Below are positions 17,506 through 20,110 of a DNA stretch of 20,110 nucleotides, piece by piece. The notes below the pieces were generated by a model that worked only from the letters and a program-made list of their open reading frames with translations, was not told where the DNA came from and made no database searches. How positions within the stretch are numbered: position 1 is the stretch's first letter; every line of letters starts with the position of its first letter. The DNA is from Bacteriovoracaceae bacterium (lineage in GTDB: Bacteria; Bdellovibrionota; Bacteriovoracia; Bacteriovoracales; Bacteriovoracaceae), in the NCBI GenBank assembly GCA_041586955.1, contig JBFGZE010000062.1, forward strand, positions 1 to 20,110, in the 5' to 3' direction. A program made the position numbers and the translations under genes.

Positions 17506-18513
17506 ATGAAAAAAGGAATTTTTCTCACCCTTCTAATATTAAGTTCGCAGGTTTTTGCCGCGAAAGCAACAGTTTCCAATTTACTCTACCGCCCCGCCTT
17601 TGAAATATTCCATTATATAGGGGCCTTTTCTTTTGGTAATGGTGGTTACGATACCACTCTCGGAAATACTACCGGTGAGTTCAAAACGAGCTCGATTATA
17701 ATTCATAATAATTTACGTTATGGGTTCTCCAAAGAGATTACTCTTGATTTCCAAGTAAATTACGTGATGGAAAATAAAACCAAACAAAATAATCAAAAAT
17801 CAGGAGGAACCACTGAGACTCCTGGGGTTCATTATAATGGGAACGGTTATAATGAAGCGGGACTTGATGATTTTTACTTTATGGGCCGTTACCGCTTTTT
17901 GAAAAATAAAGATTATACAATTGATTTTATGGCGGGCCTTTCTATCGGTCTTGGTGCACGCGAACTTGGTGTGGCGGTTATTGATGGCCCCTTATCTCGT
18001 GAAAAAGACGGTAACGCCCGTCGCGGTGGCCATGCGATTAAAGGTGGGGCCTCTATTGGTGGACGCATAGGTAGAATGGAATGGCTGGCCAATGCTGAAC
18101 TTGAATTTGAAATTTTTAAATCTGTTGAGCAGCTTAATGTCACTATTGATCCCACTCTTTATGATGAATCGTTAAGTATAAATATCTTACTTGAGGCCAC
18201 TGGCCAATTATGGGTGACTGAAGGCTTCCGAGCAGGGGGTACTTTCACAATTGAACGCGAAGGTGGATATGAGCGCCGTTTAGAAAGTGATGATAATACT
18301 GGTAACGATACTGATGGCATTTTTACCATTGCTGCTCGCGCCTTTGGTGGAGTTAAGGTCAGCCCTTTTGCCGATTTGGAATTTGGTGCTGAATATAGAA
18401 AATCCATGGATTACGATTATACTGTTGTGACTAATGGAATAGATGGTACGCCAATGAATATCACTGGCCGTAGTGAAATTATTTTTAATGCTGTCGTTAA
18501 TAAAGATTTCTAA
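17506..18513 (+). CDS. Putative outer-membrane beta-barrel protein
   Basis: Signal peptide MKKGIFLTLLILSSQVFA; LRYGF, GLDDFYFMGRYRF, many amphipathic strands, C-terminal Phe (NAVVNKDF). Confidence 0.75.
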   Translation: MKKGIFLTLLILSSQVFAAKATVSNLLYRPAFEIFHYIGAFSFGNGGYDTTLGNTTGEFKTSSIIIHNNLRYGFSKEITLDFQVNYVMENKTKQNNQKSGGTTETPGVHYNGNGYNEAGLDDFYFMGRYRFLKNKDYTIDFMAGLSIGLGARELGVAVIDGPLSREKDGNARRGGHAIKGGASIGGRIGRMEWLANAELEFEIFKSVEQLNVTIDPTLYDESLSINILLEATGQLWVTEGFRAGGTFTIEREGGYERRLESDDNTGNDTDGIFTIAARAFGGVKVSPFADLEFGAEYRKSMDYDYTVVTNGIDGTPMNITGRSEIIFNAVVNKDF

Positions 18514-18534
18514 AACTTTATAGGGAAGGAGAGT

Positions 18535-19320
18535 CTATTCTCCTTCCTTTTTTTGATCCCAAAAAGCTGACTTTGTTTTCACCTGTTCAATGACTTCGCC
18601 AATTGCTTCAATAATCCCATCTTGATTAGGGGCATCGCCGAAGAGACGGAATTGTTTAGGTTTTAAACTCTGGGAATATTCTTCTTTTTTGGCCTTCGCG
18701 GAAATTTCCCCCGCCGCCCCATAGCTGACGCGGTTCACTTTGAAGGTGTATTTTAGATCCATATCATCGCCATTCATGCGCATATTCAGCATCAATTGCT
18801 CCACCGCCCCCAATTCTTTAGAGTCTGGTGCCACCATCTTGGCCTCGATAAAACCATTTTTATTTTTAATGGCCTTGACCTGAAATTTAAAAAAGTTTTT
18901 AAAAATCTCTAAGAATTGAGTAAGGGAGTTTTCCGGATTAATCTGCAATTGCATCTGGCCACCGCCAAAATAATCGTCTTTTTCCCCACAGATAATAAAA
19001 AGACTGGAAGTTTTCTCCGTAATGGCACAATCATTGGCCAATTGAAAATCCCAATCTAAGGTTCTCTCTTCACCCATATCAACCAAAACACCTTCATTAA
19101 AAAAGGTTTCACCTAAAATAGTAAAGGCCTCGGGGTCTTTTGCTTTATATTTTTTCAAATTGCCAAGAGCGAGAGTAATACCGGTCGCGGAGAGGTCAAG
19201 GTTTTCTGGTCCATGATTTTTAACAATAAGGGAGCCTTTGATATGGTCACCTTGTTGCCAAGATTCTCCGTGAATTACTAGACCGAATTCCAACGGCTTT
19301 TGAAAGAATGTACCCTTCAT
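18535..19320 (-). CDS. Spo0M/arrestin-fold-like cytoplasmic protein
   Basis: N-terminal SWQQGDHIKGSLIVK, LDWDFQLANDCAIT and LQINPENSLTQFLEIF resemble Spo0M motifs (pGe.v.G.v.v; pF.f.lP.dtPiT; i.V.P). ATG at 19320 follows SD AGGAG. Confidence 0.5.
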   Translation of the reverse strand: MKGTFFQKPLEFGLVIHGESWQQGDHIKGSLIVKNHGPENLDLSATGITLALGNLKKYKAKDPEAFTILGETFFNEGVLVDMGEERTLDWDFQLANDCAITEKTSSLFIICGEKDDYFGGGQMQLQINPENSLTQFLEIFKNFFKFQVKAIKNKNGFIEAKMVAPDSKELGAVEQLMLNMRMNGDDMDLKYTFKVNRVSYGAAGEISAKAKKEEYSQSLKPKQFRLFGDAPNQDGIIEAIGEVIEQVKTKSAFWDQKKEGE

Positions 19321-19419
19321 CAATACTCCTTAATAAATTGTCTCTATGGACTCTGGCGTGGATTTTTTATGAGCGATAACCTACCATAAGAGAAGATACT
19401 TATCCAATGAGGAGTTTAT

Positions 19420-19842
19420 ATGAGGATGATCATTATTGGTCTGACATTAGGTCTAGTCCTTAGTGCATGCGGCACCAAAAAGAAAAAAAGCGAGCTGCAA
19501 TTTTTTAAAGTGCAAAAAGCTGATTTCGCCTCCTACCTCAATTCTGGCACGGCACCAGAAAAACCAAACTTGAATGAAGCGCGAGTTATCTTTAATAATG
19601 ATTACCCCATCGAGATCGCCCTTTTTGAAGATGGCAGTTGGTATTATAACCTCGATAATTTGGGTGATGGCCGGGGTTCTTGGACCTATCAGCACGGCCA
19701 TATCAAGCTGCACGCTGAAAGAGCTCTCTTTGATATGAATATCGTCCTGCGAGCAGTAAAAAAGGGCGCCACCAAGGTGGCCATTGAATTTGCCGACCGT
19801 TTTGGTCCCAAGGAATTGATAATGGAGCGCTCTAACCCGTAG
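19420..19842 (+). CDS. Small lipoprotein, unknown function
   Basis: Lipobox LSAC, SD GAGGAG, and a beta-rich mature part (LFEDGSWYY...GRGSWTY) of lipocalin-like appearance. Confidence 0.8.
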   Translation: MRMIIIGLTLGLVLSACGTKKKKSELQFFKVQKADFASYLNSGTAPEKPNLNEARVIFNNDYPIEIALFEDGSWYYNLDNLGDGRGSWTYQHGHIKLHAERALFDMNIVLRAVKKGATKVAIEFADRFGPKELIMERSNP

Positions 19843-19982
19843 TAATGACGATATCTAGGCTTTTTGGCGGCTTGCGTTGCCGTAGTATTGTCCTGGTGCC
19901 GTTGTCAGGTATTTCCATCCTAATTGAATTTATGCTAATCTGCTATCTGGTCAATTCATTTGGCCAAGGTTTTTTCATTAGC

Positions 19983-20110
19983 GGGGGTGCACTGGCTTCG
20001 ACGGGGCATTAGACGACTAGTGGGCGTGTCCAGGTTGGTCTCCAAGGTCCTGGTAAAAAGGAGTCCACACTATAATTGCTGATTCTTTTGAACCAGTTGC
20101 AATGGCTGCT
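19983..20110 (+). ncRNA. ssrA: tmRNA, 5' portion (runs off the window end)
   Basis: tmRNA-type 5' end GGGGGTGCACTGGCTTCGACGGGG; pseudoknot 1 (CCAGG/CCTGG with GGTCTCC/GGAGTCC); TATAATT resume context then tag GCT GAT TCT TTT GAA CCA GTT GCA ATG GCT GCT = ADSFEPVAMAA at 20078-20110. Confidence 0.95.

Noticed and set aside
1..20110. CRISPR arrays, insertion sequences, prophage or defence genes
   Set aside because: No regularly spaced repeats, terminal inverted repeats, transposase or integrase motifs, or obvious compositional shift were seen.

Overview
A gene-dense, roughly 40% GC bacterial chromosomal window of mostly core and envelope genes. Gene content and protein style suggest a Bdellovibrionota (Bacteriovoracaceae-like) predator; this is an inference, not a database result. 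In order: the 3' end of a CDS, a Yip1-like membrane protein, tdk, hpt, a GHMP sugar kinase and a Cys-rich DUF429-like protein on +; a small membrane protein on -; a Ca2+/Na+ antiporter on +; a - strand operon tsaD-rsmA-FadL-like porin-smpB; an alpha/beta hydrolase lipoprotein; a - strand operon pal-DUF4398-cpoB-(degenerate 5'-nucleotidase/tetraheme cytochrome c lipoprotein); three + strand outer-membrane proteins, the first a zinc-peptidase/propeller/beta-barrel fusion; a Spo0M-like protein; a small lipoprotein; and the 5' part of the tmRNA gene (tag ADSFEPVAMAA), which the ORF track does not show. I saw no mobile element, CRISPR array or clearly foreign island. The most interesting leads are the CGC-motif pseudo-nucleotidase/multiheme fusion attached to pal-cpoB, a 7-codon all-ANN upstream ORF overlapping the tsaD ribosome-binding site, the salvage-like tdk-hpt-kinase-DUF429 cluster, and strong GGCC enrichment.
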